Virus record (IMG/VR): IMGVR_UViG_3300036791_000379
Location: 5,021-69,020 of that record
Source of the DNA: a virus
Reading direction: 5' to 3' (one strand)
DNA length: 64,000 nt
The notes below the pieces were generated by a model. That model was given only the letters and a program-made list of their open reading frames with translations, made no database searches and was not told the origin of the DNA. Below are positions 26,314 through 37,014 of this stretch, piece after piece (position 1 is the stretch's first letter; each line of letters begins with the position of its first letter). A program made the position numbers and the translations under genes.

Positions 26314-26719
26314 AGCCTTTCGCCCATGGCGGAATCGTCTTGCCGTTGAACAGGACGTGATAGCGCGCGTTGTCCTTTTCCTCGATCACGTAACCTCTGC
26401 AGTGCTTGAGGCCGCGCTGGTGCATGGCGCGCAGATGATGGGCACCGTCGATCAGCCAGACCTTGTTGTCCCAGACGACGAGGATCAGCTCGAACGCATG
26501 CAGATTTGGATCGCGCGCGTAGCGATCGACCTTGGCCTGATCGATCTCGATCGCGTCGCTGTGTGCGAACAGCTCAGCGACGTCGTGCTGATAGCGACCA
26601 TGCAGACCCGCCTTGCAGTCGGCCCACGCGCGGGTGATGTTCCAAGTGCCATGGGGGATGCCCTCGAACGTGATGTCGGCCGGCTCCATGTTGGAGATCA
26701 CCATGACCGGCTTGCTCAT
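26309..26719 (-). CDS. small ParB/Srx-like protein
   Basis: ILVV...WLIDGAHHLRA. Confidence 0.55.
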   Translation of the reverse strand: MSKPVMVISNMEPADITFEGIPHGTWNITRAWADCKAGLHGRYQHDVAELFAHSDAIEIDQAKVDRYARDPNLHAFELILVVWDNKVWLIDGAHHLRAMHQRGLKHCRGYVIEEKDNARYHVLFNGKTIPPWAKGS

Positions 26720-28500
26720 GCGGCCTCACTTTCGACGGGCAAAGCCTCGAACACCCAGTCGTGCATTCCCGGCTTCGACAATCTCGTCGCGTGGCAGGCG
26801 CAGATGTTGAACCATTCAGAAGCCTCAAAGCGCACGCCCTGCCCTGCGATCTGCAGAACGCGCGCCGGCAGCATCACGCGGCCGATCGCTTCATTGTCGT
26901 CCGGCGTAGGCTGGCCGTTCGCGTCAATCCATTTGATCTGACAGGTCGTCATCAGTCCTCCTCGATGGCCTCATCGGCCCAGTAATTCGGATCGCCCAGC
27001 ACGTCCGGGCGATAGCGCGAGAGCTTCTCACGCTTGCACTTGACGCAGACCCGGCACAGCGGAATCCCGCGCGCGTCGTGCTCCCACCATGACTCCTGCC
27101 CGCTTCCGCAGGGACAAGGTCTGCTGCTCATTTCACCACCTTGAGGCTGCGCCGCGCCGGTCGCTTCGCTTTGCGCTCCCGCGTCTGCTGTTGCTTCCGT
27201 TCATGCTTCTCTCGATCGAGCTGCGCCTTAAGCCTATGGGCAGTGTGGCGCGCGCTCACCAAGGCAATCGTGCCCTCGTCGCCTTTGAGCACCAAGGCGA
27301 GTTCTTCAGCGGACATCGACGGCTCGTCTTGCTCGGGTTTGGGGTCCTTGGCCATCACGTCTCGGCCACCTCGAAACCCTCGCCGGCCAGCCGCTCCATC
27401 AGGTCTCGCGCTGCGCGCCAGTCGGTCGTGAAGCGCTCGGGCACACCCTGCCAGCCTTCGACCGGAAAATTCTCACGCGCGAACTCCTTCGCGGTCTCGC
27501 TCTCGGCGATCACGGTGATCACCGTGCCGTGGTTCTGGAATGCAAAGTCGGTCATTGGTCTTCCTTCCGGCCTTCGGCCTTCGCCAGCGCCTTCGCCAGC
27601 TTGATCGTCGCCGGGTTCGACGTGAAGTCTTCCGGGAAGTCGATGCTCGACGAGCACATCACGTTCTCGGCTCCGTGGTTGGCCACGAGGCCCTTGAACT
27701 GCTTGACGCTCTCGATCGCGTTCTTTCGGCCGCCGATCTCAAGCATGACCTTGTCGTTGACGATGGTTAGAAACATCTCATCCTTCCAGTTTTGCCAATT
27801 CCGTCCGCGCCTGCTCGGCGCGCTTGCTGTAACCCTCGGCCTCGCGCTCCAGCCGGCGCACGGTTGCCTTGCGGCTCGCGCCCTCGGCCTTCTCCTGCGT
27901 CTTCTCGGCCAGTTTCTCCAGCCGTACCGCAGCGGCCTCCAGATTGGCCCGCGTCCGCACCTCGTCGCTCACTGGCGTACAGGTGAAGTGCATCATGGCG
28001 ATGCCGGCGGTCCACGAACCGTTGCCCAAGAAGTCCCAGAAGAACTTCAGGGCGTGCTCGCCCTTGGCGATCTCGGAGCCGCAGCACCGGCAGAACGATT
28101 TCCGCTTGGCGGTGACCTGCTCGACCGTGCCGTACTCGACCCGGCCGGCGCGCACTTGCTCGACTTGGTATTTCAAAAGAATTTCCATCACGCCGCCTCG
28201 TTCAGCATCTCGGCGGAGAGCTTCCGCCACGGATAGGCCGCGACCATCTCGCGCATCGTGCCGAAGCAGACGCTCTTGATGTGGCCGACCTCCTCCTCCG
28301 CGCCGTTGATCTCGATCGTGCCCTTGCCGATGAACCGGCCGAACAGCTTGCGCTGATCGCTGGCGGTCAATCGACCGGACCACTTGCCGAAGATCGAACC
28401 GGTCTGCTCCAGCAGAAACACGGCCATGTTGCCGGCCGCATCGGTCCCGCAGTGAAAACCTGCGAGCGACGTGAATGGCTTGACTTTCGGCTTCCGCATG
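26716..28500 (-). other. cluster of small hypothetical CDSs (26716..26952, 27128..27358, 27552..27776 and neighbours)
   Basis: coupled short ORFs downstream of the 28525 promoter. Confidence 0.5.
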
Positions 28501-28524
28501 ACTTCCTCGTTCTCTTCATCACCT

Positions 28525-28553
28525 ATATACGACGGCCTGTCGTATCCGTCAAG
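28525..28553 (-). promoter_or_regulatory. promoter/operator
   Basis: CTTGAC-N17-GTATAT with ATACGAC-N5-GTCGTAT. Confidence 0.85.
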
Positions 28554-29055
28554 CCGTCGCAGCAAAAATTTTCGCAGCCTTTTCCAACAGGATCGGCGAG
28601 GCCTTGCCCAGTACAGCGAGCTGCGCGGCCTTCTCCGGCAGGTAGGTCTTGGCGAACTTCGGCGACCGCTCGATCAGTGACGAGCAATTGTCGATAATGT
28701 CGGCGACCTTGATGGTCATGGCGCTCGGGGAGATCGTGGCAAGCCTCGCGGTCTCCTTGGCCTTCCGCTCGGCCCTCGGCAGGCCGCTGGCGCTGCGAAA
28801 CACGTTGGTGACCTCGATGACGAGGCCGGCGACCTCGGGGCCAAACTCCGCCTCCAGCTCAGCAGCGCTGACACCGGTATCTTCGATGACGTCGTGCAGG
28901 ATGGCGGCGGCGATCACCGCCTCGCTCGCGCCACTGGCCTCGACCAGATCGGCGACCGCCAGCGGATGGACGATGTAGGGCTCGCCAGTGAACATACGTT
29001 TCTGGCCGGCGTGCCTCTCATCGGCGAACATCGCGGCTTTCCTGATCAAACTCAT
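28549..29055 (-). CDS. stand-alone HD-domain protein, small alarmone hydrolase (SpoT/Mesh1-like)
   Basis: AAMFADERHAGQKR..GEPYIVHP, AAILHDVIEDT, EFGPEVAGLV, IKVADIIDN. Confidence 0.85.
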   Translation of the reverse strand: MSLIRKAAMFADERHAGQKRMFTGEPYIVHPLAVADLVEASGASEAVIAAAILHDVIEDTGVSAAELEAEFGPEVAGLVIEVTNVFRSASGLPRAERKAKETARLATISPSAMTIKVADIIDNCSSLIERSPKFAKTYLPEKAAQLAVLGKASPILLEKAAKIFAATA

Positions 29056-29073
29056 CTCAACTCTCCACCCCAT

Positions 29074-29102
29074 ATATACGACGCCCCGTCGTATATGTCA
29101 AG
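29074..29102 (-). promoter_or_regulatory. promoter/operator
   Basis: CTTGAC-N17-GTATAT with ATACGAC-N5-GTCGTAT. Confidence 0.85.
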
Positions 29103-29114
29103 GCGTCTTTTCCC

Positions 29115-30107
29115 TCAGACGGCGGCCCACTGGCCGCCCTTCCATTCGTGTGTCTGCTTCCAGCCATCGTATCGCGCCTGCTCCTCGTTGATGTGCGCGC
29201 GGAGGTTCTTGATCTGGCCGGACAGGTACTCAACATGCCGCGCCTTGTAGGCATCGAAGTCGTAGATGCTATAGCAGGAGTCGCTACCCGGCCCGGCCTT
29301 GAACTCTTCGAAGCTCTCGCGCGACACGTTGAACGAGTGCTTCACGACCGGCCACTTGATCCAGTAACCGAACTGCTGGCCGCGCTGCGGGCCGATCAAC
29401 TGGCGTTCGTACTCGAACACGATGGGCAGCTTCTCGGCCTTGATAGCGGCCCGGTGCTTCTCCGCACGCGCCAGACGATCCCGCATAAACTGGATCATCT
29501 CGCCGAGCGCCGCACGATCAACCTCGAACGGCAACCGCTTCGCGCCCATGCACGAGGCCGTCTGCCAACCGTAGCCGGGTCGCTCGTAGCCGTGGTGGGC
29601 GATGCTGCCCAGCTTGGCGAAAATCTGACGCTCGCAGCACTGGCACGTCATGCGGTCCGCTTCTTCCTCGATCTGCTTCGCGGACTTGACCTTCGGCAGC
29701 TCGCCCTTTTTCCTGATCAGCGGCTTGGCGGACTGCAGCATCTCGTGCAGCGGCAACAACCCGGTCAGGAAGGCGGCATACTCAGTCAGGCCGGCCTTCT
29801 GCGCCCGCTTCAATGCGGTCGGGATGCCGGTCGCGCCGCGCACGAAGGCGTCGTGATCGTAGGCAACGAGCCACCAATCGCTCTGATGATGAGCCTCGCC
29901 GTTGCGGCCAACGATGTGGGGACCAGTCTTCAAAAACGCTTCCGAGCCCTCCTCGACCGCGCGGTTGATGACATCCTTCGCGTCCTTGAACAGGACGTTG
30001 GGGACCATCCCGGAGGCGATGGCGGACTTCAGCTTGCCGACCACCTCGTGCAGCCGAATGCTGCGGCGCTCACTGATGAGGCTGGACTTGATCAATTCGA
30101 TCGACAC
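29115..30107 (-). CDS. hypothetical protein with CxxC..H..C cluster
   Basis: GTG start at 30107 after AAAGGGA; TCQCCERQ...IAHHGY...SCMG. Confidence 0.65.
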   Translation of the reverse strand: MSIELIKSSLISERRSIRLHEVVGKLKSAIASGMVPNVLFKDAKDVINRAVEEGSEAFLKTGPHIVGRNGEAHHQSDWWLVAYDHDAFVRGATGIPTALKRAQKAGLTEYAAFLTGLLPLHEMLQSAKPLIRKKGELPKVKSAKQIEEEADRMTCQCCERQIFAKLGSIAHHGYERPGYGWQTASCMGAKRLPFEVDRAALGEMIQFMRDRLARAEKHRAAIKAEKLPIVFEYERQLIGPQRGQQFGYWIKWPVVKHSFNVSRESFEEFKAGPGSDSCYSIYDFDAYKARHVEYLSGQIKNLRAHINEEQARYDGWKQTHEWKGGQWAAV

Positions 30108-30136
30108 TTGATTCCCTTTTCCTTCCGACCCGTTCG

Positions 30137-30165
30137 ACATACGACACCCTGTCGTATGCGTCAAG
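30137..30165 (-). promoter_or_regulatory. promoter/operator
   Basis: CTTGAC-N17-GTATGT with ATACGAC-N5-GTCGTAT. Confidence 0.8.
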
Positions 30166-30398
30166 CGGCCTTCGTCAGTTTCTGCTTCCGGGCATACAGC
30201 ACGCTGGAAGCGTCGTTGATCTGGTCGAGGTACTTGGCCTCGGCCTCGTAGTTCCAACCCATCATGGCCATCGAGGCCTCGCCCGCGTCCTTGATGATGT
30301 ACCGCAGCTCAGCGTCGCTTTTGGTCCAGTACGATTTGTTCTGAAGAGCCATCATTTCCAAAACCCAATTCTCCGGCGGCCTCCCGCCTTCACCACCT

Positions 30399-30427
30399 AT
30401 ATACGACGCCCCGTCGTATACGTCAAG
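30399..30427 (-). promoter_or_regulatory. promoter/operator, leftward arm of the divergent pair
   Basis: CTTGAC-N17-GTATAT with ATACGAC-N5-GTCGTAT. Confidence 0.85.
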
Positions 30428-30491
30428 CCGGCGTATACGATGCATGGCTGCCATGCGCGGTATCCCGGCACCTACCGCCCAGATACGACCG

Positions 30492-30520
30492 CTTGACGTA
30501 TACGCCCCGCCGTCGTATAT
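30492..30520 (+). promoter_or_regulatory. promoter/operator, rightward arm of the divergent pair
   Basis: CTTGAC-N17-GTATAT with ATACGCC-N5-GTCGTAT. Confidence 0.85.
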
Positions 30521-30572
30521 CAGAGGCGAAGTTGAGTTGAGAGGCGGGATGGTCCCGCGAGAGAGGGTTTCG

Positions 30573-31010
30573 ATGGAATACGGTTCGTTGCGCGAGAAGA
30601 TCGCGGCCGAGTCCAAGGCCCGCAAGGCCAAGTACGCGGCGTTCGAGTCGGCCTTCGGTGAGGCCAACCGCGCGGGTTTCGCGGCCGGTGAAGCGGCCAA
30701 GCCTCAAGCGATGGTGGTCAGCGAGCATGCCAGTCCTTTGGACGATGCATCGCCGGTCAAGAACCAGTGGTTCGTCGCGGACGGCGTCTGCGGTTTCGCG
30801 TGGGTCAAGGTCCAGAACGGCAACAGCTCGTTCGCCAAGTGGCTGACGAAAAACAAGCTCGCTCGCAAGAGCTACTACGGCGGCGTCGAGATTTCGATCT
30901 CGGCCCATGGGCAGTCGATGGAACGAAAGGAGGCACATGCTCGCGAGATGGCGCGGGTCCTGCGGGAAAAACTCGGCGTGGAAGCCTACGCCGATTCGAG
31001 GATGGACTGA
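30573..31010 (+). CDS. conserved hypothetical phage protein
   Basis: GVCGFAWV...QSMERKEAHAREMARVL. Confidence 0.7.
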   Translation: MEYGSLREKIAAESKARKAKYAAFESAFGEANRAGFAAGEAAKPQAMVVSEHASPLDDASPVKNQWFVADGVCGFAWVKVQNGNSSFAKWLTKNKLARKSYYGGVEISISAHGQSMERKEAHAREMARVLREKLGVEAYADSRMD

Positions 31011-31400
31011 CGAACGAAAGGAGGTGTTTCGCCTCGGCGCTGTGTCCCCAAGCCAGCGCCGCACGAAACCCCGGAAGGAAGATCATGAAGCTCACCTATT
31101 GGATTGCTGAGTGTCTGACCGACAGTCACGCCTATTCTATACGCGCGCGAACCAAGCGCGAGGTCGTCGCGGTGCTGGCGAGCGGGAAATACCGGGCCTC
31201 GGACTACGGGTCGCCGAAGAAGGTGAGCGTCGAATACGAGAACGCCTTCGACCTGATGGACCAGTGCATGAGCGAGGCTCGCGGTTACTGGGAGGCGTGA
31301 AGAAACATGGCCGCGAACGTGGCGGCGATCCCCACTACGTTTGATCGTGACAGAGGGGCGAGGCGGGTGAGAGGCCGCCACAAATAAATGGATACGACCC

Positions 31401-31429
31401 CTTGACGTATACGGCAGGACGTCGTATAT
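31401..31429 (+). promoter_or_regulatory. promoter/operator
   Basis: CTTGAC-N17-GTATAT with ATACGGC-N5-GTCGTAT. Confidence 0.8.
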
Positions 31430-31987
31430 AGAGGGTGAAGGCGGGGATGGCCCTGCCGGGAGAGCAAGATGTTTGAAGTGATACAGGCGAAGCAGGTTGG
31501 TTCGGAATGGCACGTTTTCAACGTCGCCGCCCTGTCGAAGCCCGAGCACATGGACGGTCCGTACCAGAGCGAGGAAGAGGCGATGGAAGCGGCCGAATTG
31601 ATCAGCCAGCCGTGGCAGGCGTGGCAGCACTAAGAGGAGAGAACGTGAGTAAGGAACTACAAGCCCTTCAGTCCGCCCGTGAGGCCGCGCTCGCCAAGAG
31701 CGCCGCGCTCTGGGAGCGCGACGAGCGGCAGGACCGTGGCAGCTGCGGCAGCGCGATCCTGAAGCTGGATGCCCGGAGCAAGCTGGCCAAGGTCGCGGTT
31801 GCCGAAGGCTTCGCCTCCAAGAGCGGCACCGACATCTATGTCAACTCGAACATCGCCGAAGGCGTGCGCTCGCAGAACGCCGACATCTGGCAGGACTCCA
31901 TGCGGGCTTTCAAGAACGAGCTGGAGGCCGCCGGCTACGGCAAGGCCATCAAGAAGTTCTGGACCTACATCGACTGAGGAAAGGCAA

Positions 31988-32344
31988 ATGAAAGTTTTCA
32001 CAAAGGGCGTGCTGACCAAACTCGCAAAGAATGGCGCGGCGAGCCGCGCGGCGATCGAGAAGGACGGCAAGACGCCGGACCACAAACCGGTGCTCAAGGT
32101 TTTCAACCCGGCCGGAGCTGCGACGTGGCTGCTGACCGAGATCGACGAGGACGGCGATCGGCTGTTCGGCCTCTGCGACCTCGGCATGGGCGAGCCCGAG
32201 CTGGGCTACGTCTCGCGCGCCGAGCTGGAAAGCGTGCGCGGCCGGTTCGGCCTGCCGCTGGAGCGTGACATCTGGTTCAAGGCCGACAAACCGCTGTCGG
32301 AATATGCAGCTGCGGCCAACGAGAAAGGAAGGATCGAAGCGTGA
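31988..32344 (+). CDS. DUF2958-family protein
   Basis: PVLKVFNPAGAATWLLTE...LFGLCDLGMGEPELGYVS..EL...LPLERD. Confidence 0.85.
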   Translation: MKVFTKGVLTKLAKNGAASRAAIEKDGKTPDHKPVLKVFNPAGAATWLLTEIDEDGDRLFGLCDLGMGEPELGYVSRAELESVRGRFGLPLERDIWFKADKPLSEYAAAANEKGRIEA

Positions 32345-33506
32345 GTTACGTGATTGAAATCCCGAGCAAGTACGGTCACCGACCCGACATCAAGATCGAC
32401 CTGCCGCGCTTTGCCGCTGATCTGGCCAAGGAGCTGGGCGGTAAGCTGCAGAAGCCCGACACCGATTACCCGAATGAGCGCCAGAGAATCCAGATCGGCG
32501 CGGACATGCTGGAGCTGGGCGCGAACAACTGGAAGAAACGGGTCACGGCCTCGCTCAGCGCGCCGGAGATCAAATGGGGCGACTGGTCGACCTATGACAA
32601 GGCACAGAAGACCGAGAGCGCCAGCGTCAACCCTGACGGCCGGTCGATCGCGGCGATTGCAAAGGACATCCGGAAGCGGGTGATCGAGGCCAACCAGCCG
32701 GCGCTGGCCGCGCGGCGCGCCTATGCGGCGCAGCAGCAGCAGAACCGGGAAGACATCGTCCGGCACGCCGACGCGCTGAAGGCCGCGCATCCGACGCTGA
32801 ACGTCCGGGTCAATCAGGACAAGCAGAGCGCCGAAATCTACACGGGCGCGAGCGGTCACTACATCGACGCCGCGCTGAGCAGCAGCGGCAAGGTTTCCAT
32901 CAGGCGTCTCGGTGACGTGAGCGCGGAGCAATTCGCGAAGATCATGGCCGTGCTGGGCGCGAACAACGCGGAGGCGAACAGCCAATGAAGGAATACGGAC
33001 TATTGATCAGGAAGCGCGACGTCTTCGGCACGCCGCACATCATGGCGACGGTGGTCTGCCGCGAGAAAGGCCGCGATGCCCCGCTGGGCTGCTCGTCGGA
33101 CGGCGAGGCCGAATGGGACGAACAGGTGCCGAAGCATCTGCGCGGCACAGCGCTGGACGGCCTCTCCTTGGACGGCCACATCAGCGACTACGGCGGCGGC
33201 GAGTTCATCGGCTTCACGCCGGAATACCGCGAGGTGTTCTCGATGGAGCTGCCCAAGCTCAACCGCATGGCCAAGACGCTGAAGCGCGTGATCAAGCAGA
33301 AGGAGAAGGACGAGTCCTATGAGCCGGGCGATACCTTCGTTTCGTTCGCCAAGGCACTGAAGCTGAGCTTCGCGGTGGTCAACAACGAGAACAATGCGGA
33401 TCGGCCGTGGCACTACATGACGATTATCGAGGGCCGCAACTGCCTGCGACGAATGATCGACGAAGCAGTCACTGCCTTTCGCAAACATCACACTACGACG
33501 GGTTGA
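32341..33506 (+). other. two hypothetical CDSs (32341..32988, 32985..33506)
   Basis: coupled ORFs of 215 and 173 aa. Confidence 0.6.
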
Positions 33507-33530
33507 CGTAGGCGTCAGACAGTCGTATAT
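33502..33530 (+). promoter_or_regulatory. promoter with degenerate operator
   Basis: GTTGAC-N17-GTATAT; right half-site GTCGTAT intact. Confidence 0.7.
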
Positions 33531-33560
33531 TGATCGAGTGATGGTAGGAAAGGATTTGAA

Positions 33561-35387
33561 ATGAAGCGCCTTACCAAGGCCGACAGCGAACAGCAGGAGA
33601 GTCTCGTTCGCAACCTCGACGAAAAGGCCGGCGGCGTCCGCGAGGCTCTGGAGAAGATCAACGCGCTGATCCGGGAGGAACTCAATCCAGCGATAGACGA
33701 ATACAACGGCATGATCACCGAGACCGAGGAGTTCCGGACTGAGATCGTCGGCCGCATGGAGGACTACGTCAGCGCGCGCTCGGAGAAGTGGTCCGAGGGC
33801 GAAGCCGGCCAGAACTACACGTCATGGAAGGATGAATGGGAAGGCATCAGCCTCGAAGAAATGCAAAACCTCGATGAGCTGGAGATCGACGGCATTGGCA
33901 GCGAGGGCGAGAGTTGCGCGGTCGCGACCGAGCTGGAGCAGCTCAACGCAGGCCCGGCTGAATAGAGGAGAGCCAGCCGAATGACGCCAGACCCGCTCGA
34001 CATCCCGGAGTTTTTGCGACGGCAGCCCGGCGACGGGCAGACCCAGTGCGCGCAGCCCGGCACCGTCAAGCCGAAGCGGCAGCGCCGCAAGAAACATCCG
34101 CCCGGCTGGGTCTACCTGACCAAGGCCGAGCAGGACGGCACCGCCGATGCGGTGACCATCGCATTGCGCAGGCAGCGCGAACACGAGCAGAAGAAGACCA
34201 AACAGAAACGGAAGAGCAAGAGGAAGAGAACCAATGCCGATGACGAAGGCCGCGCTGCTGGCGCGAAACCTCGACAACAAATTCAGTTACGCGGCCCCGC
34301 ACCGGGTCTATGAGACCATCAGCGAGTGGGTCGGCTTCATGAAGACCGGCCGCGACTGCTGGCGCTTTGTCGCGCTCGACAACGACCTGACATATGAATC
34401 CGTGATCGGCCCGGTCTATCCGACGCGCAAGGCGCTGTTGGCGGACATGGCCCGCTATATCCGGGAGAGTGGGTACTGATGAAGATGCCCGACATCCCGC
34501 TGGAGATCGCGCGCAAGGTCATTGACGACATGCGCGCCTTCTATGCCGAGCAGGACGGCCACAAACGCGACGGCATCGCTGCCGAGACGCTGGAGCGGCT
34601 GCGCCCCTATCAGCCGAAGTACGGCAAGAAGATTCGGCTGATGGACGTCAAGGAATTGTTTCAGCAAATGCACAGGGAAGGATGACCATGGGATACATGC
34701 TCGCGATCGGCCCCTGCATCGGCTGCGGCCAGACATTCAGCTTCAACCCGGAGAGAGTGCCGAGCAGCTCGGCCGTCACCGGCAAGCGCGAGCCGATCTG
34801 TCAGGGCTGCGTCGAGCGGCTCAACCCGATCAGGATCGCGAAGGGACTGCAGCCGATCGCCGTGCTGCCCGGCGCTTACGAGCCGGAGCCGGAGGACCGG
34901 CTGTGATCAGGATCGCCGTCACCGCCCTCGCCCTGCTCGCTCTGCCGGCGCAGGCCCAACAGACCCGGCTCTACGGACCGGACGGCCGGAGCCTTGGCAC
35001 GGCGGCGACCGCCGGCAGCTCCACACGCTACTACGACTCCGCCGGCCGCAGCGCCGGCACCTCGACGACGATCGGCGACACCACGACGTTCTACGACGCG
35101 CGCGGCAATGCTGTCGCTCGCTCAGCAAAGGATGGGAAACGATGACCGTCACCCCCGCGATGCACCGCGCGCTGGAGGCCGTCAAGGCCGGCCAATGCTG
35201 GCGGAATTACAACGACAAGGGCAACACGCTGCACGCACGGAACGGCGTCACATCGTCCGCGATGTTGTGGCGTCTCGACAAAGCCGGGATGATCAAAGAC
35301 TGCAAAGGCAACCACACATATCAGATCAGCTACACTCAAGAACTGACGCCGGCCGGCGAAGCTGCGCTCGGAGAGATCAAGACGTGA
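33561..35387 (+). other. operon of small hypothetical CDSs (33561..33965, 33981..34313, 34234..34479, 34479..34685, 34682..34906, 34903..35145, 35142..35387)
   Basis: coupled ORFs; 34903..35145 has a signal-peptide-like N-terminus. Confidence 0.55.
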
Positions 35388-35893
35388 GCGACATACGCAA
35401 ACTATTCGAGATGCAAGTGACCGCGTTTGGCGGTCACCCGTACAGCCGCTTCATGCTGGACCACGGCAACGAGTATACCATCGGGCCGAAGTCGTTCGCG
35501 GGCGAGCGCGCAGAGCCGGGCTCGTGCTTCAAGAACGCCAGCATGCTCGCCTTCGCGAGCCAAGACGGCAAGCGAGCCCTCGCCTATGTCGAGGGACAGA
35601 TCGCGGTCCATGGCGTTCCCATCGACCATGCATGGTGCGTCAACGGCGATGGTGTGGTGATCGATCCGACGCTGACGCCGGATGAGCGCGGCAACAGCAT
35701 GGACTACGTCGCCGGTTATTTCGGCGTGCCGTTCCAGACCGACTATGTCCGCAAGGCGGTGATCCGCAACGGCTACTACGGCGTGCTCAACGTCATGTAC
35801 GCGCGTAAGACCCTGCCGAAGCTGATCGAGCTGGGACTGGAGGACGGCCAGCAATGGCTGCTCCGGGATCGCAGGAAAGGACGAAAGGCGTGA
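35384..35893 (+). CDS. hypothetical protein, transglutaminase/papain-like Cys-His-Asp pattern
   Basis: GSCFKNA...YVEG...PIDHAWCV...VIDPT. Confidence 0.6.
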   Translation: MSDIRKLFEMQVTAFGGHPYSRFMLDHGNEYTIGPKSFAGERAEPGSCFKNASMLAFASQDGKRALAYVEGQIAVHGVPIDHAWCVNGDGVVIDPTLTPDERGNSMDYVAGYFGVPFQTDYVRKAVIRNGYYGVLNVMYARKTLPKLIELGLEDGQQWLLRDRRKGRKA

Positions 35894-36426
35894 GCGACAT
35901 TCCCTTCCGCATGGCGCGCCGGCCGCGCGATGATCGCGGCTTCGCGGTCCCGGCCGTCCAGTTCATCGATCAGAACGGCAAGCCAGACTTTCGCGTGCTG
36001 GATCACCGGCTGATGGGCAAGACGCTGCGCGGTCGCCGCTGCGGCCTGTGCGGCGATCCGATACGCAAGAACGTCTGGTTCATCGGCGGCCCGAAGTGTG
36101 TCGACAACGGCTTCTTCTACGATCCGCCGATGCACAAGGAGTGCGCGACCTACGCGCTGCAGACCTGTCCGCACCTCGCGCGTTCGAAGGGTAAGTATTC
36201 GCCGGTCCCAGATCGTATCGATGGTGCGACCATGATCGTGGGCCAGATGGACGACAAGAAGTCGGAGTGGTTCGGTTTGATGGAGTCCACCGGTTACACC
36301 TTTGAGCCCAGCGGCGACGGCATGATGCTGATCAAGGCCACGATGCCATGGGTCTCGGTCGAGCGCTGGCGCGACGGGAGCCTGATGCAGGAACACATGA
36401 TGCGAGATTCGAGGAACAAGAAGTGA
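35890..36426 (+). CDS. conserved Cys/His-rich phage protein (paralogue of 14297..14977)
   Basis: RCGLCGDPI, FIGGPKC, DPPMHKECATYALQTCPHL. Confidence 0.7.
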   Translation: MSDIPFRMARRPRDDRGFAVPAVQFIDQNGKPDFRVLDHRLMGKTLRGRRCGLCGDPIRKNVWFIGGPKCVDNGFFYDPPMHKECATYALQTCPHLARSKGKYSPVPDRIDGATMIVGQMDDKKSEWFGLMESTGYTFEPSGDGMMLIKATMPWVSVERWRDGSLMQEHMMRDSRNKK

Positions 36427-36676
36427 CGACGACGCCCCAATGGATGACCGGAACACCGAAGCGGCTGCTCGCCGATCTGCGCCCCGGCGGCGAGGTGCTC
36501 GGTCACAGCGGCCTGTGGCCGAGTTATATCCGGTTGCACAAGACCGAACTGTCAGCCGACCTGCGCAAGCTGCCGGCCGATCACCCCTGCATCTGGAAAA
36601 TCGTCGGCGACCCGAATGAGACGGGTGCCTATGCCAAGAACCGCCGCACCGTGGTGGTGTGGCTGGGGAAATGATA

Positions 36677-36705
36677 TTGCCGAATACGACCAGATGACGT
36701 ATATA
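36677..36705 (+). promoter_or_regulatory. promoter/operator upstream of an HTH gene
   Basis: TTGCCG-N17-TATATA with ATACGAC-N5-GACGTAT. Confidence 0.7.
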
Positions 36706-36765
36706 GACAGACCAAGCCGGCAGGGAATCGTTCCGCCGGATTTTTTCGAAAGGAGAAAACCGAAG

Positions 36766-37014
36766 ATGGGGAAGCCAAAACCTCTTCCGCAACATACCGT
36801 CAAGATGTCGGCCAAGGACTATCGCGCCGCGATCGACCGGCTGGGCATGAGCCAAACGAGAGCCGGACAGTTCTTCGGCTTCAGCGATCGACAGGGCCAG
36901 CGCATGGCGAGCGGCGACGTCAAGCTGCTGCCGGCCGTCGTCCATCTGCTGAAGCTGATGCTCAAGTACAAGGTCGATCCCGCCGATCTCGATCAGCGCT
37001 TCGTCGAGCAGTGA
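36766..37014 (+). CDS. small HTH regulator
   Basis: AGGAG RBS; YRAAIDRLGMSQTRAGQFFGFSDRQGQRM. Confidence 0.7.
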   Translation: MGKPKPLPQHTVKMSAKDYRAAIDRLGMSQTRAGQFFGFSDRQGQRMASGDVKLLPAVVHLLKLMLKYKVDPADLDQRFVEQ

